Assembly: GCA_964016885.1 (NCBI GenBank)
Contig: OZ024741.1
Span: 162,254,001-162,318,000, forward strand
Origin: Eledone cirrhosa
Lineage: Eukaryota
Length of the DNA stretch: 64,000 nucleotides
Reading direction: 5' to 3'
The notes under the pieces were generated by a model. It had not been told where the DNA came from, ran no database searches, and worked only from the letters and a program-made list of their open reading frames with translations. Positions 38,862 through 53,091 of this stretch are shown here, piece after piece. A program made the position numbers and the translations under genes. Positions within the stretch are counted from its first letter, which is position 1. The number at the start of each line of letters is the position of its first letter.

Positions 38862-39086
38862 CCTTTTAGCATTTACATTACTCTATATTTACTTTTGTAT
38901 TTTCACGGTAAACTCTTTACCTTACATAATTATCTCACATAGTATCAGATTTGTGAGATTTTGATATTATTTACTTTGAGAACAATACCTTAACATCAGT
39001 ATGAGTGTCCAGTTATAGCCGGTTTGAACAGAAAGAAAGAGGTGAGAGAATTCTGGCCGGATATGACCGGTTTAAATGCTAAAGGG
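38862..39086 (+). mobile_element. piggyBac-type MITE, copy 2
   Basis: TTAA|CCTTTTAGCATTTA...TAAATGCTAAAGGG|TTAA. Confidence 0.88.
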
Positions 39087-39982
39087 TTAAGTTGAGTGTC
39101 TCACACACACACTTCGTGGAAATATTTAAATGCAGTTGAGAAGCCATAGTTCGTAATTACGTAACTCAAGATTTAGTAATAATACATAATTGTGTTAACC
39201 AGAGCTGCAGTGTCATCTCAGAAGATCATATATTCTCTTTACATGGCCAGGAAAAGAGTTTAAATTACAGAAAACACAATTGAAATTAAATCATCAAATG
39301 TAAACAAACGTAGAAAGAAGATTCAGATACATGCATAAACAGATACATGCATAAACGTAAACACATTGTGAGCACAGGTATGGCTGTGTGGTTTCGAATT
39401 TGATCCCACTGTGCAGCACCTTGGACAAATGTCCGCTATTATTGCTTCGTGTCAATCTTAACTTTGTGTGAAATTTGGAAGATGGCTACAATTACAAATT
39501 TGCGTACGTCATTCAGTACATCGCTCCTTCTCCTTCAACCACTTAATCCTGGGAGGATCATGGGGGAGAGTCCTCAAACACCCCTCCCAGCGAGTTTTTT
39601 TCACAAACTCACACTCTCTCTCTCTATATATAGATATATATATATAGTGATGTGAGGGAGTTTAGGCCGCTATTTCTAGCAGGTCAAACACCCACATAGA
39701 TTCTATATATAATATAACATATATATCTTCTTGCTTAGTCATTGATCAACGCTACAGGCTACAAAAACGGGTTGGAAATGCTTCACTAAACTGACGTTGT
39801 TAATATTCGTGAGAATAGCTCGAATGTCGTATTTTGTTAAACTATTCAGCATTTAGTGTTTCGTGTTTACATGTAAAAAAATATTATTAAAAAATTGTTG
39901 TTTCGCAAGTGTTTTACTTTTGGAGAAGAAATGGATTCCCGGTCATGATTTAGCAACAATTTATAACGAATTCAATAATAAT

Positions 39983-40253
39983 AGGCGGCGACTTGGCAGA
40001 GCCGTTTGGCGTCGGATTAAATGCTTCGGTATTAGTTGAGGCTCACTGCACAATGAATTCAAATCCCGCGGCGTCAACTTTGCCTTTCATCTTTTCGAAG
40101 TGGATAAATAAATTAGTGCATCACTGGTACTTTATTTTATCGACTTCGGAAGGATGAAAGGCTAAGTTAGCCTCGGCGGATTTGAACTCAGAACGCAAAG
40201 GGCCATAACTATGCTGCAAAGCATGGTGTCTGACGCTCTACCGATACTGCCAA
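39983..40253. mobile_element. Two family A SINEs, tail-to-tail (+ ~39983-40110; - ~40121-40253)
   Basis: Core AACTTTGCCTTTCATC followed ~60 nt later by its reverse complement GATGAAAGGCTAAGTT. Confidence 0.85.
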
Positions 40254-42591
40254 AATATTAATACAAAACAAGTACTAATAAAGAAATAAGCGTCTTTTGT
40301 TTCAGATAATAAGAACATTTGGATTATGAGATAAGTAGAGAAGATATGTGACAGTTATATTGTCAATATCGCCATGAACTATAATAAACATGGACAGGGG
40401 AGAGTTATTAATACGTCAGATGGAGGTTATTTATTGTATTTATGATAATAAAAGGATTATAAGGTTTATATGAACCAAAAGCTCATATATAACACAATTA
40501 GTCAGTAACACTAGAGTTTGCCCTTCCTATATAGAAAAGTGTGTGCTATTGTTTACCGTGTTAAGGGCGGTTGATTGGCAAATTGTTGGACAACTGTTGT
40601 GGTATTTAGTTACGGCTCTTTAAGTTTCAAGTTCAAATCCTGCCTTTCATTTTTCCGGGGTCGATGAAATAAAGTACTCGTCTAGGATGGTGGATTGAAG
40701 AAATCATTAAATGCCTTGCATTATTCGTTCAAATCCCGCCGTGGCCAACCAGTCACCATGGCAGGCAAATTGACCCATCACCCACCATGTATATAGCTAT
40801 ATTTAAATATAGATGGCATTAGAATGACCTATAGTTTTCAACCAGCTAAGAACAGACCATCCCTGATGATAATGATATAACATGATATGGGAACCTCCAC
40901 ACGATTGTCGATATGCATGATAAAGCAACCAAATCTCACTAAACACACACACTACTTTCTTTCAAAATAGAAGGGCATATTAGATAGTGTTGTCCTGAAT
41001 ATTAAAAAAATATCCTATGGAATAAATCAGCTGTATTCAAACCTGGAAAGGAGATGGGCTCCGCCAGGTTTTAAAATGCCCTAGAAACGCCGTATGTCAA
41101 TACGACTCCCACAATATTTACGGGATTATATATGTAATATTCATAACACTTTAAGTTGTCAAACAGGCTAGTATTTTTATATAGATCCCCAAACGACTTA
41201 ATTCTAGAAATTCGTCGGAATACACAATTAATTGAAATACCTTTGAATAAGGTATGTGTCTGTATATGTGCTGTGTCTACATATTTATTGTAAACAACGC
41301 TATGTACCAATATTTGGTAAAATAAAATAAAAAGTTTCGTACAAGTTCGTGTCAACGTTTAAACCTCCCCATTCAATATCTTATTGTAAATATCTACTTA
41401 TAAAAATTTCCCATTTAATCCATTATTCCATTGCTGCTGCGCAAACACAGTTGAACGTTTATAGCAAAGAGGGTAAGAATTAGTAAATAGAGAAGTGAAA
41501 TATATTAGTACGGCGTGCGTGTATGTGTGTGTATGGAGCCGTAACTCCTGGTGGAATCGTAGGAACGCAGTAGTCATATACTACGTTTCTTAGGCATTTT
41601 TAAAAAGCTGAAGACAGCAGATTTACTCCAAGAGAGAGAGAAAGTGAGTGAGAAAAAATGTGAAAGAGATATAGAGGAAGAAATAACACGAGTATCGACT
41701 GGTACTTTTTGTTATCGAATTCGAATTGCTTGAAGGCAAAATAGACCTCTGAGATTTGAACTCAGAGAATCGGAACGAATAATGCAAGGTATTTTATCCA
41801 ACATTCCGCGAAGTAATTCGCCGCCTACAGCGTAGCTTATAGAGAATACAAAATAGATGGTGCCAATAGGCTGTGATCCATGGAACTGCGCTATTTTTGG
41901 TGATTCGAACTTATGAGCCAGAATTTAGTCTGGAGTGGAATTATTCCGCTTTCCGGTATCAACTTTATCAACTCGGACACAAACCCGGTGGTTGCCACCC
42001 GCAGAGTATCGGGAAGACGATCTAATAGCAGGCATTAATGAACAGATTTCATTTTTGTTCCTGTCGCTGTTCAGACTCCTGCGCACATTCACAGTCACAC
42101 ATACATACACGCGCACGCACACACACACACACATAGATATATAAGTGATGGATCTTGTTAAAGTAAAGTGATATATACTCTAGCACAAGTACTTCTTTCT
42201 TCTTCTATTTCATTTTCTTTCAATTGCCCACGCCCGCATTCTTTCACGCACACAAATGGTGATTAGAATCATCGGACGACACACTTGACTGACGAATAGT
42301 CACTTCTTACTCACCGTTTTTCTTCAAACAAAACCTCGTCAGGTGATTTAAAAAAAAAAAAATATTTATGTATACATACGTATCAGTATGTAGAGACACA
42401 AACGTGTATGTTTTATATATATAAGCGATTTCTAAAGATTATATATTTATATATATAATATCATTGTATATATATAGGGAGAGAGTGAGAGAGATTTGAA
42501 ACAGAACGTACAGAGCCGTAGCGAAATACTATGAGATATTTTCTCTGTCTCACGATTCTGTCAATCCAACGATCCCATTTAATGATAATAA

Positions 42592-42781
42592 TAATTTTTT
42601 CTACTTTTGGCACAAGGCCAGCAGTTATCTCAGTACATTACTGGTAGTTTATTTTATCGACCCCGTAAGGATGAAAGGCAAACTCAACCTCGGCGGGATT
42701 TGAACTCAGACTGTAAAGGGCCGTAACTCTATACTGCAAAGCATGGCGTCCGTCCCTCTACCGATACTGCCAATCCACCAC
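42592..42781 (-). mobile_element. Family A SINE, young subfamily
   Basis: Reverse complement of the 5507 copy, nearly full length. Confidence 0.9.
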
Positions 42782-43850
42782 CCCTTTAATGATAAAAAAG
42801 TGATTTCTGTTATTGACCACAATGACAACACACTACCGAGAATCGAACTCACGACTTTACGATTGTGAATCGAACACTCTAAACACTAAGTCACGTTTTC
42901 ATATATGGAATGATACGAGGCACCTCACACACAAACACGTATTACCATGACACACCAATGATAAATACCTTTTCCTAATTCTTACCTGATGTGTTGTTAA
43001 TGTAGGCCTAGGCTATTTAGCCACACCAATCTCACCCACATTTCATAAAATTTACTTGAAGGTAGGCGCTTTCATTGAAGCCAACTAGGCAGCCACTTAA
43101 AGTGTAGACTTCAGAGAGATACATCATTGAATCTTAAAGAAACACAGTTTTATACTAATATATATATATGATTTAATTAAATGTATAATAATTTGCTGCG
43201 ATCAATAAATAAATCGATAAACATCTTTGCCGCGTAACAGCGTTGTGGAAATATCCAAATCGGAGAAGAATGTCGTCTGGTGTTATGACCTGTCTCATGA
43301 TTTTAGTGTGAGAGAGTGTGGACTGTGGAGCGGAAAATGCTGGCTTAGTAATTTTCTTAGTGTAGTCAGTACAAGAAGTGTCAGAAATTAGTTCGACAGC
43401 TTACCAAACTTCCTAACCCTGACCCATGCTCTGATTGGAGGGCATCTCCCTCCTTACCGCCACCTTCCCCTTAAAATGGTACATGAAGTTGAACAGAGCT
43501 TGTCATGAAAAGATAACCTCTGTCCTCATATCTTTCATCTCCGTCCACCATACCACCTCCTCCGCCATAGCCACCAAAAAAATTAGGAAGACTATCTGCT
43601 CTTCTTCGTCAAAGAAAGATGGTGTTTCGATCTTTCGGCCGATAGCTGGATCATACCAGTACATAGTTTATCAAGGTCGACTACATTATTGTCTATTTTT
43701 TAAGACGGTATGTAATTTGATTTAAAGGAGATTTGGTTGTTATTTCTAGTAAGTCGAGCCACCACGCAAAGACTCGCTCGTTTGTCTGTGATCTGTTAAT
43801 TCAAAGTGCTGCGATGCGAATCGCCATCTGACAGGTTGTCCGGTACACTA

Positions 43851-43900
<50 letters not shown>

Positions 43901-44847
43901 GTGTGTATACATACATGTATATATATATATATATATTTATATGTGTGTGTGTATAATATCATAACCTCCTTTCCTGTCATTTTTTGATGTTTTAACACTT
44001 GGTTTGCTTTGTAAATAAGTGTCATTTCCTGTCTAGCTAGCTGTGTTACACCATCACCCCAGTTTCCTCACAAGTTATTCGCTATATACTAACTCCCCTC
44101 ACTTAAATCTACTCGATGCACACGTGTACCCTCATACCTTGCAAATACTGTATCTTAAAAAGTCTCCTTAATTCTGTACTTCAAATATAACTGTTTTTGT
44201 TTGGGTTTTTTCCTCTCTCGAATTGCATCTTTCTGGTTCGGCTACAAGTTTAAATTAGGCAAGACACGTCGTGAGTAAAGATGACGCCTCTACGACTCAA
44301 TCAGGAATTAATCAGCCATCGTAGAGAAACATATAGCCACAGATTCCTTACATAATATACATACATTAAACTTTCAATACATACATTAAACTTTCTCTTG
44401 TTTGTACACCCAAATGTGTGTGTGAGAGAGAAAGAGAGAGTTTGTATGTATGTGAGAGAAAGAGAAAGTTTGTGTGTGTGTGAGAGAGGAAGAGAGGGGG
44501 AGAGAAAGAAAGAGAGAGAGGTCGGGTCGATCGATAGCGACCGGAATGAGACTCTCATGCAGTATACAATGTAGATAGTTCATCCTAAGTTATTTATTTC
44601 GTTAGTAAACCCCGTCCTAAGTAAATATAAATTTGTGTTCAAAGTATTGCGAAAGAGCTTTATAAACATTGATGATTTGTTGTGGAGTGTGTAACAGGTT
44701 GCAACAAGTGCAAACGTCCTTGACAATAATTACCTCTACAATTTAGTTACTTTTATTAAGACAAACCACCATGACTGTCTAGTAAGAAACTCACCTTGTT
44801 TTCAGGGAAATGGGGATAGGTTGATTATGATTATTGTTATCAAGAAT

Positions 44848-44890
<43 letters not shown>

Positions 44891-46734
44891 TACACACACA
44901 CTCTCAACTCTCACCTGTCTATATTACATATCTGTCCCTCTCTCTAACACGGACATAATAATATATAAACGTACAGATCTTTGTCCTACAATGTTTCTGT
45001 ACACTGATATCTCTACAATTTATCGTCACTATTTACTTGGTTACTTAACACCCGTTATTCTTCTCTCACATAAACCCTGCTTACCTTACTTCTCTCGTCT
45101 CCCTTTAACTATTCAATTATCCTATCTATCTGTATCTGCTTTCTGTAACCCCCATGCTCTCTTCCTCGCTGGATCTCTCTCTCTCTCACACACACATCCT
45201 CCTAATCTTTCATGCAATAAATCTACAAGTTTTACATGCATTGAGAAAAGAAAAGACAGAGAAAAGAAACGTTGTGAACGTGACTAAAGCGATATAGAAA
45301 CAGAAGGAAACAGACAGAAGGAAACAAAGACATGAGAAGCGTTATAGAAAAGAAGTAAAATTGGAAGGAAGGAAAGAGAAAAGATATTGTAGGTGACAGT
45401 AAGAGACAAAGAGTAAGAGAGAGAGAGGGGGGGGAGAGCGAGAATAACGGAGGTGAAGTGGAGAATAAAACAAATTTAATAGTATGCATTCTGTGTAACA
45501 AGTTTTCTTTTCTCTCCCCATTTCTGACGTCACTTCAACAAGTTAATGTATTATTATTCAGAAGAGAACACATTCCAATCACATTTTATTTTTCTCGCTT
45601 CTACGACTAGTTGAAAATGCATAATTTTGTCACAGCTCGCTGTTCACAAATATGCCCTATCATGTTGTTTAACGCCATAACCAACCAAACCAGTTTGGAC
45701 TATGAACTTTTCAAGTTATCATTGTAAGAATGTTGCTGACGTTGCCTTGCCGATCTTAGATTAAGTTAGTTATTTTGTAGTACAGCTCAGCTATGATCGA
45801 GTAGACATACTTTATTTATGATCAAAGGCATTCCTGCTATGACCAACCTGTCATTTTATGTGTACGTATAACATCAGATTATCTAATGTGAACAAAGTGG
45901 TGGATTGGCAGAATCGATAGAGCGTCGGACAAAATGCTTTGTGGCATTTATTTCGACTCTTTATATTCTGACTTCAGATTCCACTTTTTAGAGACAGTAG
46001 TGTGATTTAGAGTGACCATGTAGAGGCTACCTCGTTGACTTGATCCAGTTTTTAGCCCCAGGCCAACTCCGATTGAACAGACCTATGGTCAAAGGTATTA
46101 CAGCCGTGATCACCTCCTGTTTTTATTGTGTATCTATGACTACATTATCGAACGTATTTTTTCCTTATCTAAAACAACTAAACAAGTGTAAGAGTAAAGG
46201 GTATTTAGCTACTAGTTCGAACAGAGCGAGCAACCTAAAGGCTCCTAATTGAATTTGATCTATGTAATGGAAGTTTTCTCTAATAACAGCCTGCCAGATT
46301 TGTTACTTTGCATTTCTACGTTCAAATTCCGCTGTAGACAGGAATATACTTTTCGCAACATCTACCTGAGTGAATCCTCTACATGATCGCTTCGTTTGCA
46401 GGAAATAATAGCCAAACACCCTTCAGATTATAATGTTAAAAAGGGTCACACTGGATATTATCAGATACCCCATTACACTGTGTGAAAGAAAAAAGACCGT
46501 GTGGTCATGGATGGAATGCTTTTGAAATCAGGTCTGATCTAAGGTTAAATAGCAACTGCTACTACCACCTATCTTTCCGTTACTAGTTGTGTTAACGTTC
46601 TAAATGTCACTGGTATGTGAAGTGGTCGCGACCTCATTTTGTCTCTCGTATAACTTTCAGAGACGTTTGCATATAATATTGAGGTTAGTTTCTCAGATGA
46701 TTCTCCTAAATATATTTAGTGTATTAATTAGTGG

Positions 46735-47086
46735 TCGCAGCATGACCGACTGGTTAAGAAATTTGTTTCGTAATCCTTACGTCCCGGGTTTGATCACAAT
46801 GTACAGAAATTTGGATAAGTGCCATTTATCATAGCCCCAGCTCAATCCAAGCCTTATGAGTGAAATTGGTTGGACAGAAACTTGTTAGAAGCCAGTCCGA
46901 GTGACTGAACCTATAATTCAATGAGCTAGCCTTGTCACACATTGTGTCATGCTGAATTTCCCAGAGAATTATATTAACAGTACATATGTCTATGGAATGC
47001 TCAGCCTCTTACATGTTAATTCATGAGCAGGCCAAACCATTGATCGAACAACTAGAACACTTATCGTCGAAACTGACCGAGGTCCA
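46735..47086 (+). mobile_element. Family B SINE with shared 3' module
   Basis: GGTCGCAGCATG..TGGTTAAGAAATTTG head; AGCCTTGTCACAC..GCTCAGCC..GTTAATTCA module. Confidence 0.75.
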
Positions 47087-47253
47087 ATCGTTCGTTCGCG
47101 TGTAGCAGCTTAAAAATAACACTACCAGACTTATTATCGTATTATTGTACTGGCCTTGGCTGTTCTATCATTATCTCTAACAGAACAACTTTGAACAGAA
47201 TAGGTAATCTGCGTTATAAATATTAAAATAAAATAATAGCTAACCTTCCTTAT

Positions 47254-47445
47254 GGTGGTGAATTGACAGAATTGTATTTGTTCCGGCTCTTTACATTCTG
47301 AGTTCAAATTCCGCCAAGATCAACTTCGTCTTTCAACCTTCCAGGGTCGATAAAATAAAGTACCAGTCAAGTATTGTGGTTGAGTTAATCAACTTTGCCC
47401 TGCCCCCAAATTTTCTGGCCTTGTACCTAAATTAGAAACCAATAT
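47254..47445 (+). mobile_element. Family A SINE
   Basis: GAGTTCAAATTCCGCC B-box; GGGTCGATAAAATAAAGTACCAG core. Confidence 0.85.
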
Positions 47446-48057
47446 CTACCCCTCCTCCCTCTCCTTACACATTCTTAATACTATCTCAAAAACGTATCTT
47501 CTTTCTCCCACAGACTTACGCACCAACTACTTATATCTAAACGGTACATGCTATAACGTTGACCACCCAGAACAAATACTGATTGACTGAACTCTAAGCT
47601 ATCTATAAATGTACTCGGGTAGAGCTGACCGGAATGTTTAAAAGTAGCAATTATTTGCTCCTATTCTTAGCATCAAATACTGAGAGTAATGTTTTCATCG
47701 ATTCTCTAATATACTGGCAATGTTCACTGCTACAACTTTTACAATAGATGTGCATGTTTTTAGCCTGCTTTATTAATATTTCATAACGAAATCAACAATG
47801 CTTTGGTTTTCTATGACTTTTACCCAGTAGATTTTATTAGTTTTACGTTTTAATTCATACCATAACCAATCCAGATGTCAAAATATTTTATAGTTTTGTA
47901 TTTTATATTTTGTTTTATTAAAAAAAAATTTAGTTCAAGGATTTTACTGCTGATTTTATAATGGTTTTCTAGGTGTAGTGTCTGGTGAGTGCTGTAGCGT
48001 AGTAATTGGTATACCAACTTCATGATATTTAACTTATGGCTAGTTTGCATCCCTTAT

Positions 48058-48267
48058 ATCATTAATGTATTTATGGACCTGTAACTCCTGGTGAAATTGT
48101 AGGGGCGCCGTAGTGACACACAACGTTTCTTGGATATCTTTAAAGCTTGGCGAATCCCATCCTCTTTCCACGTTCGAACCTCGGCAAGATTTGAACTCAG
48201 GGCGCAGAAAGCCGGAACGAATATATAATAAAGCATTCTATCCGACGTTCTAACGATTCTGCCACCT
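48058..48267 (-). mobile_element. Family A SINE head fused to the tail module (core deleted)
   Basis: 48058-48178 is homologous to 1386-1505; 48178-48267 is the reverse-complemented tRNA-like head. Confidence 0.7.
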
Positions 48268-48463
48268 CCAAAACTAAATTCACTTGTTTAGAGCTACTTA
48301 CAAAAGTGATAGTTATTAACTTCCATGGATATACAATACAAAAGCTTGAGAAATTGGTAAGGCTTGGGAAATTCATTAAATAACTTCCCACAAATCTACC
48401 TCAGATCTCTACCTTTTGAACACACAAGCTCACACTATGTATGCATATATGGTAGTGATAATC

Positions 48464-48494
<31 letters not shown>

Positions 48495-50507
48495 ACACGT
48501 GTGTGTGTATGTGTGGGGAGACCTGTGTGGCAAGGGTGAGTAATTTCTAAGTGTTATTTTTTAAAATCAGTTTCATTGTAGTCTCAATTGCATAGTTGTC
48601 GCAAGTAAGAGACAAGGAGAAAAGAATGAAAAGATAGAAATAAGGAGAAAAAGAAATAAGTAAAAAAATATTAACACACTCGAGTGGCTTGCAAGAGATG
48701 CGATTCCTCGCTGGTGCCTCTGTCTACTTTTGCCCCGTCAATATAAATTTAAAGGGCCCATTATTAATTTTTTTTGGCTACTGTAAATACATAATGGCCC
48801 CGATGAAATTTTCAGCCAAGAAGCTTAATCTTTCCCCTGAATACATAAAAACGGCGTTTCGCAATCAAGTGTGAGTGACTAAATGTAAAAGAGAGACGTA
48901 CTTCTTTTTGCACCGGTTGGCGTTGAGACCTCATACATCCCTGATTATTGGAGATTTTCATAAAATACTTTAGAGATTATCTTTCACACAACATTGTGCG
49001 CGATAACAGTGATCTTAAGTAAGGTTAATGTTAATGATATGTGAAATTTAGGATTCATTTCTGATACTCAGGAGGAGTTTGAAGGTAATGTTAAGAGATT
49101 AGAAAGTTTAGACTAATCGTGGGTAAACTGCGACCCTTTTAACTCTCTGAATAACACGCCTAATTTCTAAATTACTTTGAGTTTTTGTAGTACTGCAACC
49201 CACCTTATGGTGAGCCATATGTTAAGGGATCCACTGCTTGATAAAGGTCACCATTGTCTGATTTAGAAATTACAAAGACAAGAGCAAACTTATCAGCAAT
49301 TTCAATAACAGCAACTACAATTTCTGTGATCTTAACATAAATAGTGGGGAAAAACAAGACACATTATTGTACCTGCAGCTAATATCACAACAACGAAAAC
49401 AACAAACAAAGCAAGCCTGAAAGGCTTTGGTTGATGTCAAAATAGCTTCGCATGTTTTATGATGCATTTTAATCACATAAAATTATTATGGAGAACATAT
49501 ATAGGGTTTGCCATTAGTTTACTAGCTTACTGTTAAGACATGTGAATAGAAACAGGGATGTAATCAGCTAATTATGGCACACTCTGTACTTTAAAATTTG
49601 TTTCTCATTGAGTTTTTCTCATTAGTTTTAGAATTGCTTTTGGTGGCGGAAGGGGGATTTTCCTTTTGATTTAGCAAGCAAAGTCTGTTCCGTTGCAATT
49701 TTATTTAATACTGATCTAGTCGCAAATGGATGAGCATACATATTACTTATCATATTTGATCTTTCTGGGTTAAATCTTCGATGAATTATATCGTATAGTT
49801 CGATATATATTTATAATACATTTGAGACGATATATTATTAAAGTGACAAAAATTGATCGAACTATGAACTTTATCGTTTGTATTTATTTACTCAACTTAG
49901 TCCATAAAAACAAAGAAACGAAAAGATTAATGACCCTATCAGTTTTTGCCACTCTGCATTGTATAATAAATATATATCTCACTGATATCCAGAACAGTGG
50001 AAAATAATGTCATTATGTCGTCCTGACAATATGTGCTTGCATCTGATAGTGTAATGGCAATACCGGTAGGGTTTCAGCTGTAAGACAATAAAGTCAATAA
50101 AGCTATAATATATCAAATGAAGTTCCCTATTATATATATATGTCTGTGTGTAATCCTTCTTTTGATCTGACTCACGGCCACACATTTATAGTGGAGTGGA
50201 AATGATATATTATAGTGTACATATGGATGTTACAGGAGCTATAGTCATCAGCTAAATCGATGGACCTCCGTCAATTTTGACGATATGTGCTCCAGTTGTT
50301 TGATCAACCGAACGGTTTGCTCATGAAATTAACGTGCAAGTGGCTGGACATTTCACACACACTTGTACGCTTAACGAATTTTTCAGTTTTATTGTGTTCA
50401 CGCTTGGGAATCAAGATAATTTAAATGTTTCAACGTATCGGACATAAGTCCTTCATTAGAAAAGAGCAAAGTTCGAAGAGTGAGGAGGTGGGGAAAACGT
50501 ATATATC

Positions 50508-50606
50508 CAGGGTGTGCACCCAAAATGTATAGAAACTTTGATTACCTGTACAGGCAATATTTATTAGAATGCTGTTGAAGTGTGTATACATTTTTGGAAC
50601 ACCCTG
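50508..50606. mobile_element. Tc1/mariner-type MITE (~100 bp)
   Basis: CAGGGTGT..AAAATGTATA / TATACATTTT..ACACCCTG|TA imperfect TIRs. Confidence 0.7.
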
Positions 50607-51857
50607 TATGTGTGTATATATATACTCATATACATACATGTGTGTGCCATAGAATTGTTACTACAATATAATCTCAATAGTACAATATTCTATTTGTTTT
50701 CTCTCTATCCCCTCCTCCCTTTTCTTAACACTGTCGTCATAACCATTACTGCTGTTCCGGTCGCTGTTACAAGTATCATTGTCATATACATTGATTTCTT
50801 CATCATCTACGTCATCGTCATTCTCATTATAATCACCATCTGTTACAGGTTAAGGTTAAATTTGTATATCACTTGTGTTATCTCAAACTGATTGTTCCGA
50901 AATAAAAGTATTTCAATTATGGCGTTACATGTCTATTGATATTCATGTTGGCTGTTGTTACTAGCTGTCTACTAAGGTTCGGATTTATGAAAGCTCTTTA
51001 GCAGAGATTAATGAGCACGTTGCATCACATGTCCTTTATCCTAGGAATATTATATAGTCACGTTGTTGTTGAAGTTATTTTCTAACCAATCATTTATATA
51101 ATCCCTTCTCAATAAACAGTTGTTAATTAGTGATAATTAAACATAAATAAATGAACATATGCAGAAACCTATCCTATTTTCACTCTTAAATTTCAAATAA
51201 TTTGTTATATATTATTTTTTGGGTTTGTTTTATTTTTCTTGAATAGATTTGCATGCATTCTAACATACATTAACATTTAAATGTTACTGGAATATTTAAT
51301 AAAAAAAAAATTAAAAAAATGAAATGTTTAAGAGATGCCCGTTGAAAATATGCAGTCTCTAATCAAAGTTCTTAACTCAGAAAATCTGTCTTAATATCTC
51401 ACATCCAACTTACATGTATGAATTTCTTAAACAACCAGATTTAAATCAAGGACATCCAACCAATCGATAAATTACAATAACGAAATGTATTTGCTCTTCC
51501 CGACATCTAGTATTTATTTTTTACTTGTGTTCATTGCAAAAAAGTAACAGACAGAGACAGAGGATTTAAATGTGTTTTTTTTTTTTTGCATCAAAATACC
51601 ATGACCTTTTGAGATAATTTCTTTCGTGGACAAAAAAACATACCCAGATATAAAATTTTTCTCAAGGATTTTATAGAAACAGAGTGCTGGTATTATTATT
51701 ATTATTGTTGTTGTGAGATCTGAGATCTTCATTTCGTCCCCGTTGTGGGAATTAACTTCTTTCGAGTTCTGGACAATAATATTGAAGTAAATTCATTGGA
51801 GAGAGAAAGACAGAGTGAAAGCGGGGTGTCTTAATAACATTTAATGTCGAAGTTTTT

Positions 51858-52328
51858 GTGACAAAAGTAACAACGGCGATCATAAAAAAACTAATTACAC
51901 GTGTTAAAGCATTATTTCCTTCAAAGGGTTCTTATAGAGTTTCGAAAAGAATGTCTGTAAAGAAATTACCAATAACACCCACCAAAAAATATAACTTATT
52001 TCAGGATTTCACTTCAAACATCTCAAACGGAAGCTTAAAAAATAACTTTTCCCTGGCAGAATGTTTCAGTCCCACAATTGACGAAGAATCTTTGGAAATA
52101 GATCAGAACAATAACAGCAAAACTACCAACTCACTGTTAATCGAAAATTTTTGTAAACTTGATAATGATGAACAGTCTGAAGCGGTGATTCTTGTGACAA
52201 AGCCAAATATTGAAACAATGGATGCGCAGACAAAAATAGAGTTCTTTGAGAAACGTGCTTTAGAACGAGCTCGAGTACGCCAGCAGGTTCGTAAAATCGA
52301 CAAAAATATTGTTTTCCAATGTGTGTAG
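51858..52328 (+). CDS. Uncharacterised ORF (frame open 51819-52328; first in-frame ATG 51951, 125 aa)
   Basis: ~500-bp stop-free frame in AT-rich non-repeat DNA with protein-like composition; no family recognised; start uncertain. Confidence 0.5.
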   Translation: MTKVTTAIIKKLITRVKALFPSKGSYRVSKRMSVKKLPITPTKKYNLFQDFTSNISNGSLKNNFSLAECFSPTIDEESLEIDQNNNSKTTNSLLIENFCKLDNDEQSEAVILVTKPNIETMDAQTKIEFFEKRALERARVRQQVRKIDKNIVFQCV

Positions 52329-52598
52329 ATAATCTTAGATATTCATTATTGAAGGCAGAACATTTTATCTTTGTAAAATTATGTGTTCTTTCTCAAATGC
52401 TATTACACCTGTTTATTTATGCTTGATCACACACTACAAGAAATACACTAACAGTAAATTATGAGTTTATTTTCGGAGTGATAACATTGAGATAACATTC
52501 TTCTCTTGCCGCAAAAGAAAACATAGGATACACATACATATAGGCTGTATACACACGCTCACACACACACAGCTGAGAGTATTTATATTAGGGTTGAG

Positions 52599-52624
<26 letters not shown>

Positions 52625-52632
<8 letters not shown>

Positions 52633-52750
52633 TATTTCTATTAGAGTAGATAATTTATAGAAAAATAGTTGAAAGTATGTATATTAAGTTTCATTTAACT
52701 CTGTATTACCAACGGTTTCAAGACGTAAACATTTCTATTTCATCAGATGC
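52625..52750 (-). mobile_element. Short PLE-like remnant with degenerate hammerhead
   Basis: Minus strand CTGATGA-AATAGA..TCTT-GAAAC-CGTT, then an AT-rich tail ending in (TA)n. Confidence 0.45.
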
Positions 52751-52865
52751 ATTGGTACTCATTTCAGCTGAGTGAACTAGAGCACGTGAAAAATATCTTG
52801 CTTAATGATTCAACGTCTCACACAAGACTGGGAATCAAACCCATGACATTATGACCATAAAGCAC

Positions 52866-53091
52866 AAAATAATTGTTTCTACTTTAGGCACAAAGCCAGC
52901 AATTAACCTGTACATTACTGGTACTTTATTTTATTGACCCCGTAAGGATGAAAGGCAAAGTTAACCTCGGAAAATAATTGTTTCTACTTTTGGCACAAGG
53001 CCAGCAATTACCCAGTGCATTACTGGTACTTTATTTTATCGACCCCGTAAGGATGAAAGGCAAAGTCAACCTCGGCGGGATTTGAACTCAG
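52866..53091 (-). mobile_element. Tandem pair of 5'-truncated young family A SINEs nested in a family C SINE
   Basis: Two ~105-bp direct units (52866-52970 and 52971-53075); host SINE pieces at ~52755-52860 and ~53095-53120. Confidence 0.85.

Noticed and set aside
42986-43132. 147-nt minus-strand exon candidate with good AG and CAG|GTAAG signals
   Set aside because: Stops in all three frames; could only be non-coding, and there is no support for that.
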